Shown here piece by piece: positions 1 through 11,789 of a DNA stretch of 64,000 nt (position 1 is its first letter; each line of letters begins with the position of its first letter). The DNA comes from Octopus vulgaris (lineage: Eukaryota): positions 146,692,001-146,756,000 of the forward strand of contig OX597817.1 in NCBI GenBank assembly GCA_951406725.2. The letters are read 5' to 3'. A model generated the notes under the pieces. The model worked only from the letters and a program-made list of their open reading frames with translations. It was not told the origin of the DNA and searched no databases. The position numbers and the translations under genes are program-made.

Positions 1-2404
1 AGCGATAAGATTCGTTTCAGCTTCGCATGACTGGTACTAGGAGACTTCAACGCTCCCACGATCGATTGGCCCGCATCAATTTGTACAACATCTTCCCGGT
101 TCGGCCAGGCCCTTCTTGACGTGGCTGAAGATTGTTTTCTATCGCAACATGTTGAATATCCGACAAGGCATCGGTCTGGGCAGCAGCCATCTATGCTAGA
201 TCTGGTATTCTCCCGCTATCCAAGATCAGTGTCAGACGTATCTGTGTGCGCCCCTCTTGCCAAGAGTGATCATGCGGTCCTGAAGTTCATCATGCACACA
301 ACTTTTTCTACGCCCACGACTACTTCGCTGCCACGTAGAGTCTTCTTTGCAATTAATCTTGAAATTCTAACCGAGGCTTCCGCGCTTCTGGACTGGCGAT
401 CCCTGATGACGTTGTCCTCAGTTGACGAACTATAGTCATCCCTCAAAGCATATGTAATCTGTTTGACTGACCAGGCAGTTCCCGTTGGGCTTCCCAAGAG
501 GAAGAAACACAAGCTCTGGGTGACGAAGAGGGTTAAACGAGAACGTCGACTCAGAGATATTGCTTGGGCTGAATTCAAAAATCTGGATTCGACTGCAGCT
601 TTTGAGGTGTACAAAACTCAACGAGACCGAACCGTGAAAATCGAAAAGAAAGAACGCTTCAGTTATGAATACAAAATCGCGGCAAATGCCAGTAGCAATC
701 CAAAAACCTTCTTTGCCCATGTCCAGCGGAATTCCCGCTTGAACAACCAGATTGCAACGTTGGTAGACTCAACAGGCGTATCGATTGAGGACCCTTATCA
801 ACAGAGTCAATTATTTGCCGAGGCTTTTTCAACTATTTTCAAACAAGATGATGGTCGTGAACCCCCTCCATTTGATAGATCGGTACCTCCAATGCTTCGA
901 TTGGTCATCACGCGGGACGAAGTCAAACGAGTTATTCAAGGCCTCGATGTCAACAAGGGTCACGGCCCTGACGGCATACACCCACGGGTTATCAAAGCGT
1001 TGGCTCCGGTCATCTGCGAGCCCTTAACACGACTATTCAATATGTCATTGGCGACGGGTGTTATACCTGCAGATTGGAGAACGGCGATAATCTGCCCAAT
1101 TTTCAAGAAAGGGAGCCGCGAAGACCCGCTTAACTATCGACCGGTTTCCCTTACATCAATAATCAGCAAGATGTTCGAAACCATCCTTAAGAAAAGTATG
1201 ATGCTCCACCTCCTAAACACAGCCTCTATCTCTGATTCCCAACACGGCTTCGTGCCGAAGAGATCATGCTTGACCAACTTACTAGTAATGGAAGAATTGG
1301 TGACGCGCATCCTCGATGATAGTGATGCTGTTGACATCGTTTTACTGGACTTTGCCAAAGCTTTTGACTCGGTAAACCACCGCCTATTACTTGTCAAGCT
1401 TCAAGCATATAGTTTCCATCCGGATATTGTACGATGGGTTGGTGCCTTCCTCTCAGATCGCTCCTTCCAAGTCCAAGTTAATGGTTCGCGGTCCGACGTC
1501 TCCAATGCGAGCAGTGGCGTGCCTCAAGGTTCAGTGCTTGGGCCCTTGTTGTTCTTAGTCTTCATAAATGACTTGCCCGACGACCTCACGCAACACACCC
1601 TTCTATTTGCCGACGATATCAAACTGGTCGCTCCTCGCGGTAATATAGAGGATCTTCGTCGATGCCTCCACCAAATTTGGAAGTGGTCTAACGATTGGGA
1701 CCTGTGTCTGAACGTGTCAAAGTGCTGTCATCTGCCTGTCGGCTCTACTCCTGCAACTCAACTTGATTTCGAGCCGGGTCGTCTGCTGCTGGAGAGGACC
1801 GATCAGGTAAAGGACCTAGGTATCTTGGTGGATTCCTCCTTTTCGCCTTCGGCCCAGTGCGTCCATGCTGCCAACAAAGCACGCGGAATTCTGTTCTTGA
1901 TTCGACGGTCATTCGGAATGCTCACAGCAGCCATATTCCTACCACTCTATGTCAAGCTGGTGAGACCCATATTGGAGTATGGGATTCAAGCCTCTTCTCC
2001 TTATCTCCTCAAAGACATACAGCATCTCGAAAGAGTCCAGAAGCTGGCTACCCGCATGGTTCATGGTCTCAAAAATTTGTCCTACGAAGAAAGGCTGAGG
2101 ACGCTCGACCTTTATTCTCTTGAAAAACGCCGCCGCCGTGGTGATCTCATTCTCGCCCACAACATCATAAGCGGAAAGTGTAACCTCTCGAAAGAGCTGT
2201 TCTTCACTCCTGCTCCAGAGCGTCGGCTGCGGGGTCATTCCGAAAAGCTCTACCTGCGACGATTTCATCTCAATCGAAGGAGAGGAGCTTTCTCCGTCCG
2301 GTTGCGGATCCGTGGAACAAGCTGCCAGACGAGATGGTGAAGATGCCGACGACCGCTTTGTTCAAAGCCTCCCTGGACCTCAAGTGGCCTGAACTCTTTA
2401 CATG
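1..2404 (+). pseudogene. ORF2 (EN-RT) of the CR1-type LINE, disrupted
   Basis: In-frame stops at 28-30 and 433-435; long open stretch 463-2340; 1-nt frameshift near 2300, the shifted frame giving the canonical ending VADPWNKLPDEMV...FKASLD with stop near 2404. Confidence 0.88.
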
Positions 2405-2482
2405 AACACCACCCTGTACTTAACTCCATGTCCCCCTACATGGCCTTGCTATTTGCTTTTGAGCCAAATTAACTAACTAACT

Positions 2483-2485
<3 letters not shown>
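1..2485 (+). mobile_element. CR1-type LINE (APE endonuclease + RT); 5' part runs off the window, 3' end intact with (TAAC)n tail
   Basis: LVLGDFN (from nt 31) and SDH endonuclease motifs; RT motifs NYRPVSLTS, QHGF, DFAKAFDSV, GVPQGSVLGP, FADD; (TAAC)4 at 2470-2485 abutting (TA)n. Confidence 0.93.
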
Positions 2486-2538
<53 letters not shown>

Positions 2539-2542
<4 letters not shown>

Positions 2543-4125
2543 TTAGATAAAACTTAGATATGTTTCGACCAGAGATTGGTCCAGGCCATGCCTAACTTAA
2601 TAGCACCACCTGATAGGATTATTCGAATCCTGTTTAAGTCAAGTTTTGTTCAAGTAGTGAGTTTTTATTGGGTGAGTTGTATCCAATTATGGGTGGCTTG
2701 TCTGGTATTCTTTGAAGGAATCCATCCAGACTCTGTTTGAAGTTGATGGGATCCTTTTCCTCTTTGATCTCCCTCGGGACAATGTTAAATAGGGCAGGGC
2801 CTGTTGAGGAAAAGAAATTATGTTGCAGTGTACATGTATGTTGTGATCTTGAATTTGGCAGGGGACGTATAGCCCGTGGTCCAAGTCTCGGATGAACCTT
2901 GAAGCTAATGTTTAGGTCGTTTGGGCAAAGTTGGCGGTATATTTTCCACATCGTACAAATGATGTACCGCTCACGGCGACGCTGGAGGGAGTAAAGTTTC
3001 AAGGCTTTAAGGCGATCCCAATAGTCGAGAGCAGCCATGCCTTCAATTTGTTTAGTGAGAGCCCTCTGGGGTGACTCAATTCTGGAGATGTTTTGTCTTG
3101 TGTGAGGAGACCACAGTGGGCAGCAGTATTCAAGGTGTGGCCGTACAAAGGATGAAAAAAGTGGTATGATGACACCTTGTTCTCTGGACCGGAAAGTTCT
3201 TAAGATCCAGGAACTCATCCTACGAGCTGTATCGACCTTCTTGTTGATGTGTGCACTCCAACTGAGATCGTCATCAACAATTACACCCAGGTCTCTGATA
3301 TTGTTAGAGGCTGTGAGCGGTTCCCCTGAAGGAAGAGAGTATGGTTGTTTTAGTGAGGAATTTCTTCCAAAATGCATCAGCTCAAATTTTCCCTCATTCA
3401 GTTGCATTTTGTTTCTGTCTGCCCATTGACTCACAGCATATAGGTCAGACTGGAGTTGAGTTCGGTCTGCTTCTTCATTGACGATTTGCTGGAGCTTAGT
3501 GTCATCAGCGAATATTTTCACTTTGCAGTGATGTACGACACTGGAAAGGTCGTTTACATAAATTATGAAGAGTAGCGGACCCAAAACAGTTCCCTGGGGA
3601 ACACCGCTGGTGACTTTTGCTGGGTTTGAGTGGACTCCATCAACTACAACATGTTGTGTTCTATTCGCTAGGAAATACTGAATCCAGTGTAGAACTTTTC
3701 CACGGATTCCAACATTTGCCAATTTTGAGAGTAGGATGTTATGGTCTACCCTGTCGAACGCTTTACTGAAGTCAAGGTATATGACGTCAGAGTTCGAACC
3801 TGTTCCCAAGGCTTTGAGTACATCTTCAATGTGGTGTAAGAGCTGTGTTAGACAGTCCCTGCCACAGCGAAAGCCATGTTGATTTGAATTTAGGAGTTTG
3901 TGGGTCTCCAGGAAGTCAGCTATCCTTGATCTTAACACTCTTTCAAACACTTTAATGATGTGGGAGGTGAGTGAGATTGGGCGATAGTTGACTGCGAGGG
4001 ATCTGTTTCCCTGTTTGAAAACCGGGATGACCGACTGGGATAGAAACTTATTCGGTATATAACCTGCGTCTAATGAGTTTCTCCAGAGGTTGGTCAGAGG
4101 GACTGCAAGTTGATATCTACATTCA
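2539..4125 (-). mobile_element. CR1-type LINE (second family), 5'-truncated; RT ORF open 4122-2634
   Basis: NYRPISLTS, DFSKAFD, GVPQGTVLGP, FADD, RPHLEYC, YSLQRRRERY; 3' UTR hairpin and (TATCTAAGTTT)2 tail into (TA)n; tail-to-tail with element 1. Confidence 0.93.
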
Positions 4126-4434
4126 GCTTGCTTACGAACCACATGGTTCCGGGTTCATTCCCACTGCGTGGCACCTTGGGCAAGTGTCTTCTACTATAGC
4201 CCCAGGACAACCAAAGCCTTGTTAGTGGATTTGGTAGACGGAAACTGAAAAAAAACCCGTCGTAGATACATATATATATGTGTGTGTGTATATTTGTGCG
4301 TCTGTGTTTGTCCCCGCCATCATCGCTTGACAACCGTTGTTGGTGTGTTTACGTCCCCGTAACTTAGCGGTTCGGCAAAATAGACCTATAGAATAAGTAC
4401 TAGGCTAACAAAGAATAAGTCCTGGGGTCGATTT
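4125..4434 (+). mobile_element. tRNA-derived SINE family A, truncated at both ends
   Basis: Matches the full copy at 9962-10373 from agcttgctt to ggggtcgattt. Confidence 0.85.
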
Positions 4435-4440
4435 ATACAC

Positions 4441-4504
<64 letters not shown>
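4441..4504. repeat. (ATCT)n microsatellite, 5' flank of the Tx1 element
   Basis: Direct reading; the same repeat resumes at 6342-6420. Confidence 0.95.
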
Positions 4505-6339
4505 GCGGGCATCCCGCGAGAACTGGAGGGCATCCCGCGAGAACTGGGATGCGGGACGAGCGTTTCTGCATACGCGGACGACGTCACCGTCATAGTGTCT
4601 AGCCACGAGCACATCGAGAAGGTCGGTGAGACACTGAAAAACTACGAAGCGGTGACAGGAGCAAAAATCAACCGGGAAAAGTCAGTGGGCTTGCGACTAG
4701 GCACCTGGAGAAGCAAGCCCATGTCGTCCACCAGCGCCTCCGTTATAGGACGCTGGACCGACGGTCCGGTCGAGTTACTCGGGGTCTGGTTCGGTCCGGA
4801 CCTCCAAATGGAGAAGAACTTGAACGAGATAACGAGTAGGATGGTCACTCTCCCCCCGCAATGGGCCGAGAGGAAACTGTCCCTAAAAGGTCGGGCGGAG
4901 GTGGCGAACACGTACATCGCATCCGTCATCTACTACAGCCTGACCGTCGTGCCTTGTCCCGACCCTACCATCACCAAACTAGAACGCATTCTCTTTCGCT
5001 TCTTGTGGAAAGGATGCGTCCCGATGGTTAGGCGATCCATTTGCTGTCAACACCCGTTAAAAGGACTTGGCATGCCGTGGTTGATGATGCGCAGACACGC
5101 GCTGAGACTGCGACATCTCAGGCTCTTCGTAGACGACGGTGAACAGGTGTGGTCGCCGTTTGTGAGGCACGTTTTCCCGCAGCTCGTCTCCATGACCGAA
5201 CTGCAATCGTGGATCAAAAAGAGGCCGAGGAAGGGCGAATGGCACCGCGAGTGTCGCGTTGCTCTCAAGCAACTCTGTCGTCCTGGGTCAACCTTGAATG
5301 ACTCCATCACAACCAAAGCATTCTATAGGGGATTAGCGGAGGGGAGGTACGACGACGAGCTCGGGGCGAACCTGGACGTCGACGAGGAATACCTGACCCG
5401 CCTGTTCGGGACGACTTTCGGGCCAGGGCCCATGGACAACTTCCAGAGATCCCTGGCCTGGCAGTGCTACCGAGAAGCGCTACCCGTTCGGAATAAGCTC
5501 TACAGACACGGCTCGAGAAACACGGGGCCGACCTGCCCGAGATGCGGTCAGAGCGACGAAACCGTTCTGCACGCACTCGTGCAGTGTCCAACAATTTCCG
5601 ACCTGTGGGCTTATGTCGAACAACTGCTGTCACGTGTGGGACGAGTCGGTTTATCAGCTGAGTCTATCGTCAATATTGTCGCGCCTCCTTCCTTCAAACG
5701 GGAAGGAAGAGCTATTTTCATCATCCTTGTGGCTATGGCGAAAGAATGTATCTGGTGGACGCGTCTGAAAGGATTGGAGACAAACACATTCCTCTCTGGT
5801 CAACCTCTCATCAACTTCTTCAAGTACCATTTGAAAAAGAAAGTGAGAGTAGAGAGGCAAGTTTTGTCTAGCGAACGTTTAAAAAAAAATGACGAAGCCA
5901 CCTTGAGCATAATCCTATGAATCCAGAAATTGAAAACAGAGGGTTACCCACTTGCAAACAAATGTGGTAACATATAACAATATTGACCAAGGTTACCGTG
6001 GTCTTTTTCGTAGGCTTTTCTTCCCACGGATAAACCTTACTTGCTTTCCCCTTTACACCATACATCATGACACTGTGATACACGATCCCTATTGATCGTT
6101 TTTTTCCCTCTTCCCCTTTTTTCCTCTTTTGTCTTCTTTCTTCATTTTTCTTTTCTTTTGGTCATTTTCCCTTTTTTCTTTCTTTTTTTCCTTTTTTTCT
6201 TTTTTTTGTTCGTTTTTCCCTTTTACGATCCCTTTTGATCGAAAACCTACGTCATCTTTTTTTTTTCTCCCCCAGAAGAAAAGCTCTACCTTGTAACTTG
6301 TCCCATCTGTGTGCAGCCCTGTGTGGCCAATAAAGAAAC

Positions 6340-6340
<1 letters not shown>
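4505..6340 (+). mobile_element. Tx1/L1-clade LINE, 5'-truncated (RT C-terminus, zf-RVT region, T-rich 3' UTR)
   Basis: AYADD at ~4568-4583, GAKINREKS, LSLKGR, GLGMP, CPRC...HALVQC zinc knuckle; ORF 4595-5920; AATAAA near 6329. Confidence 0.9.
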
Positions 6341-6419
<79 letters not shown>

Positions 6420-6599
6420 TTATCTATTTATTTATTTATCTATTTGCCTTATCTTTTTGTATATAAATAAAAAGAGATTCAAGCCGCCTCGCTATCATAT
6501 TTTTAGCTAGAAGGTTGTACCCTGTCGAAAGATTACCAAGATGACAAAAGCTGTGAAATTTCACAAGTCACTGGTTTTCTTCATAATTTTTACATCTGT

Positions 6600-7060
6600 T
6601 GAACTGAACAAGATAATGCAAAATGGACAAAATGATCTTTTTAAAGACTTAACACTATCAAAGAATAAGGCTGAACTGTAGGTCTCTCTGCTGAAGCATT
6701 GAAATTTTGCTGAAAACTTTGAAGTATGTGAGTTTTAGCCTCAAAATTGTTCCCTTTTTCAATATGGAAGGTGACCTTTGTAGCTTGCAGCGACATCGAT
6801 CGTCTGATGGCAGACTTCAATGTTACTCGTAATCACGAAGAATGGAAAATGTTCATTGATTTATCGAAGAAGATTCCAAAAGCTATTTTGCTGTATCATG
6901 GTAACAAGTTAACATATTGCTATCCATTCTTGTAGTTCAGCTGAAAGAAAAATGGTAAAATGAAACAAAATTTCGAACTGCATAAAACATGAGAAATACA
7001 AATATATAAACTATATAAAAAAGAAGTGAATACTATTTTGTTGCACTGTCGATGGGTTAA
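6600..7060 (+). pseudogene. Heavily decayed DNA transposase fragment, probably CMC-Chapaev3-like
   Basis: Broken frames give NDLFKDLTLSKNKAEL and EEWKMFIDLSKKIPKAILLYHGNK; family assignment from memory. Confidence 0.5.
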
Positions 7061-7479
7061 ATCAAATGTTGATGGTTATATGCTGAATTTTAGGAAAAAA
7101 AAAACTTTCATATTATCACTGTTCTACTTGAAGTTATTTGTATAGAATACAAGCTTGATGTTTCTCTTTTATTTTTGTCTGAAAACGCTAACTTTTGAAG
7201 ATTATATTACTTAAACACTTAGTAACATAACAACATACGCCCATGTTTACAGATACGAAATTGTTGTCCATACATAATCTATTTCTCACCGATTTTGAAA
7301 GAAATGTTCACATCTGCCGGGTAGTAGATAATGTTTATTTTCTGTCCCAAGCCATTATGTTGGGTTTGCGTCTGCAGTAGATTTTATCGCATATTCTTCA
7401 AAATAGAACGATTAAATGTTGTTAACAGAATTGGAGATTAAATTTAGTATTTCGGGAAGTGGTTTCGATTCCCAGTAAT

Positions 7480-7902
7480 ATATATATTCCTTTACAGCCC
7501 ACAAGGGGCTAAACATAGAGGGGGCAAACAAGGACAGACAAACGGATTAAGTCGATTACATCGACCCCTGTGCGGAACTGGTACTTTATTTATCGACCCC
7601 AAAAGGATGAAAGGCAAAGTTGACCTCGGCGGAATTTGAACTCAGAACGTAACGGCAGACGAAATACCTATTTCTTTACTACCCACAAGAGGCTAAACAC
7701 AAAGAGGACAAACAAGGGCAGACAAACGGATCAAGTCGATTACATTGACCTCAGTACACAACTGGTACTTAATTTATCGACCCCGAAAGGATGAAAGGCA
7801 AAGTCGACCTCGGCGGAATTTGAACTCAGAACGTAACGGCAGACGAAATACTGCTGAGCATTTCGCCCGGCATGCTAACGATTCTGCCAGCTCACCGCCT
7901 TA
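7480..7902 (-). mobile_element. tRNA-derived SINE family B with duplicated body and tail, 12-bp TSD
   Basis: ATTCCCAGTAAT at 7468-7479 and 7903-7914; B-box GAGTTCAAATTCC; body present twice (7480-7667, 7668-7850). Confidence 0.88.
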
Positions 7903-8037
7903 ATTCCCAGTAATTTATCTGTCCAATCATATCACTAATGGCCCTCAGAAGAATCTCATATTCAGGACGACTCAACAAATTTTATTTTAAAAAATATTTA
8001 TAAAACTTCACTTCTTATGCTGTCTAGTGGTTACACC

Positions 8038-8494
8038 TAGCGCTGGATTAACCCATTAAACAAAACGAGCTCGTGCTTAGGCCATCAAGGGAAGGAGGGG
8101 GCACCACAGAAATGAAGATGGTTTACGGCACGAAAGAAATCAATTTAAACTTGCTAAAATGATATTCGTAATTCTTTATCTCTACTAAGTATAGAAGCAG
8201 AAGTTTTACGTAAAATTAATTTTAACGATATTATCAAACACTGCAATTAAAAAAAAAAGAAATGAAGGAGAAAACTTTTCGAATATAAATAAAATGGAAG
8301 TATACAAAAATAAACATTATTTTCCATCTTACTGTGAATTTTGTTTCATTTTGAAAAATTAAAATGTATTTTATGGTTTATTATCATTTACATTTTGAAT
8401 GATTTTTATTTACATTTTGAACCATTTACAAATACTTGAGGGCACCGAAACCTTTTAAGTGCTGAGGGCCTCTATGGGTCTTAATCCCGCCCTG
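8038..8494. mobile_element. hAT-type MITE
   Basis: 8-bp TSD GTTACACC (8030-8037, 8495-8502); imperfect TIRs TAGCGCTGGATTAA / TTAATCCCGCCCTG. Confidence 0.8.
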
Positions 8495-9603
8495 GTTACA
8501 CCTATTCACATTCGTTTCAGGGGTATTTGTTAAATTGTTATGCCGACTCCAGTCCCTACCATGAATATAGATGGCAAGGAAATAGGTTGTGTCAAGCTCA
8601 CTTGTTAGAGATAGGCTGCATGAAGTCGATCTATTTCAGTGTCTCCTCCACACCACGACTAGGCCAGCATGTCTCTCTTATTTCTCCATCTTTCTCACCC
8701 ATTTCATGGTTAAAACAGGCGATGTAGGCTAGAGAGGGCGAACCTATGACACGCTCATCAGCTGTGACATCTTGGGTTTTTGGATGACCGATGAGACTTC
8801 GAAAGAAAATTTCCATGGAATATCATGTTATAGAAAGGTTATGTCTATAAGCATTTATTTAAAACTAAAACGTATGTATACATGTAAGTGATATTTTAGT
8901 TACAGGGTTATTAAACAAATAAATATTTCAACACGTCCGCCATCACTGTTATAGATTTACAAACTGATGACACACTCATTCTTATCCTGTTGTTGTTATG
9001 GTGATATGTAAGGCAGTGAGCTGGCTGAATCGTTAGCGCGCCGGACAAAAGGCTGAGCAGCATTTACTTGGTTTTACGTTCCGAGTTCAATTTATGGTGG
9101 TAATAGTGTCTTTTGACGCCTATTTTTCAGTGCATGGTGAGGCACAAGCTAAGCCCTTGTTATTATTATGTATATAATTATAGGATATATATATATATAC
9201 AAATTGAGATAGGGGTTGTAAATGCAACCCACCATGGGATACCATATATCCAATATACTGCTAGTGAGGTACCCAAAAAAGTTAATACATAAATGTTAAG
9301 AATTGCGATACAATTAATTCATTTATTGTATTATATGGGCAAAGGTAAAATGTTTTACCACAAATTCATAATACAAAATAAGAAAATAGAGAAATACATC
9401 GAAATCAAATATCAATTACCAGATAATACTCTATCACATACTTTATTAAACCACTACATAAGAAACTATAAGGTTGAACATAATAATGCAGGGTAAAGCA
9501 GTGTACATGAAGGGGTGTACATAAAATAGTAATGTTATACAATAAGTAGAATACGTATAATAGAACATAAATATAAGTACACCTAAATATAAATATAGAC
9601 TAT

Positions 9604-9730
9604 ATCTTACAGCTGTTTCGGCCATGTAGATAAGCATGTCTCATTCAACTCATATTAGCCATTTATGGTAGGTCAGTATGTAGTTATAAATGAGACATTT
9701 ACAAAAACATCCTAAGGCCTCTTCGGAGAT
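9604..9730 (-). ncRNA. Type I hammerhead ribozyme motif with expanded stem II (left arm)
   Basis: Reverse complement of 11083-11209. Confidence 0.75.
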
Positions 9731-9961
9731 TACAAATTAGATTACATATATACTTATAAAGGTGTGGGTATATACCCATAATAAAACATATACATATACA
9801 TATGAGTGCATATACTCATACTCATATACATATAAATATAAATATACATAATGATATAAATAATAAAAATTAATAAACATACATATGCTCCACATTCAAC
9901 GTTACAGTTTTTCAACTTAATGTTGTGATAATTACAATGTAGAAGAAAAAACATACACATA

Positions 9962-10373
9962 GGCGCAGGAGTGGCTGTGTGGTAAGTAGCTTGCTAACCA
10001 ACCACATGGTTCCGGGTTCAGTCCGACTGCGTGGCATCTTGGGCAAGTGTCTTCTGCTATAGCCCCGGGCCGACCAATGTCTTGTGAGTGGATTTGGTAG
10101 ACGGAAACTGAAAGAAGCCTGTCGTATATATGTATATATATATGTATGTGTGTGTTTGTGTGTCTGTGTTTGTCCCCCTAGCATTGCTTGACAACCGATG
10201 CTGGTGAATTTACGTCCCCGTTACTTAGCGGTTCGGCAAAAGAGACCGATAGAATAAGTACTGGGCTTACAAAGAATAAGTCCCGGGGTCGATTTGCTCG
10301 ACTAAAGGCGGTGCTCCAGCATGGCCACTGTCAAATGACAGAAACAAGTAAAAGAGTAAAGAGAGTAAAGAGT
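9962..10373 (+). mobile_element. Full-length SINE family A with ACATA TSD, inserted in the left arm
   Basis: A-box TGGCTGTGTGGTAAG, B-box GGGTTCAGTCC, internal (TA)/(TG) tract, (AAAGAGT)n tail; empty site visible in the right arm. Confidence 0.92.
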
Positions 10374-11082
10374 ACATATTATTATCTAAATGCAGATATA
10401 GAGAGTCAAGGTTACTTTCTATTAGTTCCTATTAATTTACAAAATGTCATTAATGCTAGCATCATTATCATTGTCGTTACTACTAATGCTACCAATATCA
10501 TCATTCATATTATTATCAATAGCGCTAATATTGGAGAAACAATACATAAATTCATTATCAACAATATAGTCACAATATTATTACAAAACCGTGCAAAGTG
10601 TTATATATCCGCATATACATACGAAATAAGAAGTACCACGGTTTTGTAATAATATTGTGACTATATTGTTGATAATGAATTTATGTATTGTTTCTCCAAT
10701 ATTAGCGTTATTGATAATAATATGAATGATGATATTGGTAGCATTAGTAGTAACGACAATGATAATGATGCTAGCATTAATGACATTTTGTAAATTAATA
10801 GGAACTAATAAAAGTAACCTTGACTCTCTATATCTGCATTTAGATAATAATATGTGTATGTTTTTTCTTCTACATTGTAATTATCACAACATTAAGTTGA
10901 AAAACTGTAACGTTGAATGTGGAGCATATGTATGTTTATTAATTTTTTATTATTTACATCATTATGTATATTCATATTTATATGTATATGAGTATGAGTA
11001 TATGCACTCATATGTATATGTATATGTTTTATTATGGGTATATACCCACACCTTTATAAGTATATATGTAATCTAATTTGTA

Positions 11083-11209
11083 ATCTCCGAAGAGGCCTTA
11101 GGATGTTTTTGTAAATGTCTCATTTATAACTACATATTGACCTACCATAAATGGCTAATATGAGTTGAATGAGACATGCTTATCTACATGGCCGAAACAG
11201 CTGTAAGAT
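11083..11209 (+). ncRNA. Type I hammerhead ribozyme motif with expanded stem II (right arm)
   Basis: ATCT-CCGAAGA-GGCC[~92 nt including ATGTCTCATT/AATGAGACAT]GGCC-GAAAC-AGCT-GTA-AGAT. Confidence 0.75.
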
Positions 11210-11437
11210 ATAGTCTATATTTATATTTATGTGTACTTATATTTATGTTCTATTATACGTATTCTACTTATTGTATAACATTACTATTTTATGTACACCC
11301 CTTCATGTACACTGCTTTACCCTGCATTATTATGTTCAACCTTATAGTTTCTTATGTAGTGGTTTAATAAAGTATGTGATAGAGTATTATCTGGTAATTG
11401 ATATTTGATTTCGATGTATTTCTCCATTTCCTTATTT

Positions 11438-11479
<42 letters not shown>

Positions 11480-11490
11480 CACACGCACAC

Positions 11491-11504
<14 letters not shown>

Positions 11505-11521
<17 letters not shown>

Positions 11522-11725
11522 AGTCTTTGAGTTTGTCCCCCACACCACGTTATAACCGATGTTAGTATGCTTATATCCCATTAACTTAGCGGTTCTGCAA
11601 AGACACTGATAGAATAAGTACCTGACTTTAAAAAAACGGTACTTTGGTCGAATCGCTTGACTAAAACCCTTCAAGGTTGTGCCCCAGCATGGCCTTAGTC
11701 CAAAAACTGAAGCAAGTAAAAGAAA
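11505..11725 (+). mobile_element. SINE family A, diverged 3' half
   Basis: aacttagcggttc...gatagaataagtac...ccagcatggcc...aagtaaaaga. Confidence 0.75.
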
Positions 11726-11789
11726 AGCCGACGGAAGAGCTTCTACGTAGTTGCTAATAATAGCAGCCGAATCGCAAAGAATTTATGTG

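Larger units (their letters stand above)
9200..11441. mobile_element. Fold-back element with ~810-bp inverted arms and 43-nt spacer, one HHR per arm (PLE pLTR-like)
   Basis: 9371-9960 plus 10374-10593 is the reverse complement of 10637-11441 (7 substitutions and 2 single-nt indels by eye); (TA)n at both outer ends. Confidence 0.9.

Noticed and set aside
8784-8818. CCGATGA-GACTTC-GAAA motif
   Set aside because: Stems I and II do not close convincingly; single copy
10188-11367. ORFs in the fold-back arms (153, 116 and 63 aa)
   Set aside because: Low-complexity AT-rich or SINE-derived frames, mirrored in both arms, with no recognisable motif
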